DNA of 63,260 nucleotides, counting the filler, from Octopus bimaculoides (Eukaryota): NCBI RefSeq assembly GCF_001194135.2. It is 4 parts of 3 records of this genome, joined end to end, with 100 filler letters (N's around TTAATTAATTAA, not from the genome) between each part and the next. Parts side by side here need not be neighbours in the genome. Positions count along the whole stretch, not along the records: positions 57,634 to 63,260 come from NC_069000.1; 3 more parts are not named here. One strand, given 5' to 3'. Shown here piece by piece: positions 60,347 to 63,260 of this stretch. Under the pieces are notes generated by a model. It was not told the origin of the DNA. It saw only the letters and a list, made by a program, of their open reading frames with translations, and did not search any database. The position numbers and the translations under genes are program-made. Each line of letters starts with the position of its first letter. The stretch's first letter is position 1.

Positions 60347-62089
60347 CGTTCAGATTTGTATTTTCTGCTTTATGTATGTACTCTCATGCATATAATTGCA
60401 TGTCTAGACATGCTCATATATGTTTAAATGATAAACTTCCGGTAAGTTGTACAGGTTTTTACAATTCCAGAGATGGCTTGAATCAGTAGTCTTCGAATCA
60501 GCTTTCTCCTTTCTGGTTTTGAGAAGCCTAATTTCTCAAGATGGGTATTTAGGCAGCGTGTTACATATCCCAGTGTCCCAATAATTACAGGTATAAACCT
60601 GAGCTTGTAATCTGGTTAGAATTACTGCAGATTTCTCAATAGTTCAGCGTAGGTATTCGCTTTTTTGCTGATCATTAGCTTTATATTAACATCCGCTGGG
60701 CAGATGATTTCCACGACACAGTTTCTCCTCTCTAACCCAAATCATTATATCAGATCTGTTGTGTTCACATTTTATTGAGGTTTTCACTGGGACATTCCAC
60801 CAGTACTCCTTTTTATCATGTATGTACTCTCATGCATATAATTGCATGTCTAGACATGCTCATATATGTTTAAATGATAAACTTCCGGTAAGTTGTACAG
60901 GTGAGTTCTTATTTCTTTGTTTTCGGGGTTATCCATTGGACAGATGTCATTATAGAGTGTCTAGCTACAACATCATAGTGACAGTTTGTAGTGTATGAAT
61001 TAAGGATTTACAAATTTCTTATCAACATTCCATGGATGCTCACCTTGTCTCGTATTTTTCAAACCACATTGGTGACCGGTGGGCAGCTGTTTTCCACAAC
61101 AGAACATATATTTTCATTGCAGTCCTCAACAACAATGTCTGGCCGGTTATGCTTTAACTCTTTTGACTGTTTTAATTTACAAGTTCCATCAGTATTCTTT
61201 TGAATATGATCAACTTCGTTTGTAGGTATTCTCATTTGTGTTATCTTGTTCCAGACCGTTCTCGTCACCACATTATGCCCCATGGAAACATAATACCTGG
61301 AACACATTCTCCCACATTTGGCCATAATGTGGTTTGATATGTTCAATCTTGGTCTTATTTAGGCAGGGCACCAATAATTACAGGTATAAACCTGAACTTG
61401 AAATCTGAATAGAGTAAGCTGTAAATTTCTCAATAGTTCTGCGTAAATATTCTCTTTTTCACCGATCTTCAACTTTATGTTAACATCCACTAGGCAGCTA
61501 ATTTCCACAACTGTACAGTCTCTCTTCTCTATCCCATATCATCAATCAGGTCTATTGTGCTTACATTTTATTGGGACATTCCACCAGTGCTCCTTTTTAT
61601 TATGACTTCTACCATACTGTGGGTTCTTATTTCTTTGTCCTCTGGGGTAATCCTTCCGACGAATTTCATTATACAGTGTCCTAGCTACAACATCATATCT
61701 CATCGGTAGATAATATCGTGATGAAATTTTCGGACAACTGCTTATGATGTGGGTGATATCTTCAGTGTTAACTCCACAAAGTCGGCATCGATTGTCACAT
61801 TTCACTACTTTTTCCTGCATCTCTATCCCTTTTGTGCATCAGGTATTTAGTTGATATTTCTTGTTCCTGGATTGCAAACGCATACCCTTCAAAGTAGGAG
61901 GTAGTAATCCGGTTATTGGTCCATGATAGACTGCTTTGATGATCAATATTACCATCACCTCGGAGCTTTCTACTAACATATCCATGCATAATCTTCTGCT
62001 CATATAGGTTCATCCTTTCATCTGATGATATGTTGCGGTAGAGCCGTGCGACTTCTTTGGGTATGTATTTAAAGTTATCAGACAAAGAG
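60347..62089 (-). mobile_element. Rearranged R4/Dong-clade LINE complex flanked by (ATAC)n
   Basis: FEGYAFAIQEQEISTKYL; CRLCGVNTEDITHIISSCPKISSRYYLPMRYDVVA; KHNRPD (three times in the region); ORF end and 3' UTR present twice. Confidence 0.9.
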
Positions 62090-62250
62090 TGTATGTATGT
62101 ATGTATGTATGTATGTATGTATGTATGTATGTATGCATGCATTGATGTAAGTATGCATGCATGTATGTACGAATACATGTATATATGCCTGCATGTATNN
62201 NNNNNNNNTAATTTTGGATTTTGTCCCTAAAATTATAATTATTATTATTA

Positions 62251-62309
<59 letters not shown>

Positions 62310-62604
62310 GTTATTATTATGCACGTATGTATGTGTGTATATATGTACGTATGTGCTTCTCCTTCTCTTTTCAATTGTAAAGTAAATTTTGACCGGCACC
62401 CGACTTGGTAGCAAGGTTGTAAGGGGGGAGGGGAGTATCGAGATTTAACCGTCACCCTTTAAATCTGAAGAAGGTTTTTATAGTTCCAGATATCGTGATC
62501 ATTTGTAGCTTATGAATTAAGGATTTGCATTCTGTCCCCAAGATTCCAAGTTCAGCCATACTTTGCTCGAGATGGGTATGCATGTATGTATGTATGTATG
62601 TATG

Positions 62605-62635
<31 letters not shown>

Positions 62636-63260
62636 TCACTTGTATATTGTAGAGCACAGCTACAAAAGATATTTAGGGTGTGAACCGAATAAGCAGACTT
62701 TTCCTTAGACAGGGGTATAGTAAGGCGATTAGGGTATAGTATACGAACTTCAGATCAGTCACTTTTAGGGCGTATGTCTGTAGGTAATAGTATCTCTTTG
62801 GATATTGAAGATAGCCAACGTTCACCAGCGCAAACTCCTAACACGCGATTCTATATATATATACATACATACATACATACATATACATACGTATATACAT
62901 ATATAGATACGTATATATATATGCATACATATATAGAAGCATATATACATGTATGTATGTACATATGTGTGGATAGAAACACAAACATATATACATACAT
63001 GCACACAAATACACACGCACAAATACACACACATCACACATACACAAACACACACATACACACATACATACATATATATAGAAACATATATACATCTATA
63101 TACGTTTGTATATATGTCCATACAGACATATAAATATATGCATACATGCACACATGCACATATACTCATTCTTATAGGTACAATATATATGCGTGTATGT
63201 GTGTGTGTATGCATGTTCCTGTATTAAATGTAGATATATAAAGTTATGATTGTAAATAGA

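Overview
Eukaryotic, very AT-rich, gap-riddled scaffold sequence. The microsatellite load and repeat families (RTE LINEs, R4/Dong LINEs, Penelope-like elements, tRNA-derived SINEs, mariners) point to a cephalopod, most likely an Octopus draft genome; this is an inference. There are no prokaryotic features, CRISPR arrays, rRNA or intact tRNA genes. Most listed ORFs are artefacts of N-runs and microsatellites. The window looks like the interior of one long + strand gene of unrecognised family. By eye I find about 16 candidate exons with AG/GT boundaries; several adjacent pairs are phase-compatible, and one Ser-rich exon may be an alternative last exon. The introns are packed with decayed transposons. 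The most interesting signals are RNA-structural: (1) a tRNA-headed, hammerhead-tailed non-autonomous element with a palindromic double tRNA head; (2) a near-complete minimal type I hammerhead ribozyme at 28012-28059; (3) a 29-bp exon/intron hairpin over a candidate splice donor, with an A.C mismatch at a codon position (predicted ADAR recoding site); (4) an R4/Dong subfamily that sits in (ATAC)n rather than (AAT)n; (5) a long-TIR element carrying a telomere-like array. All calls are by eye; repeat boundaries are approximate.
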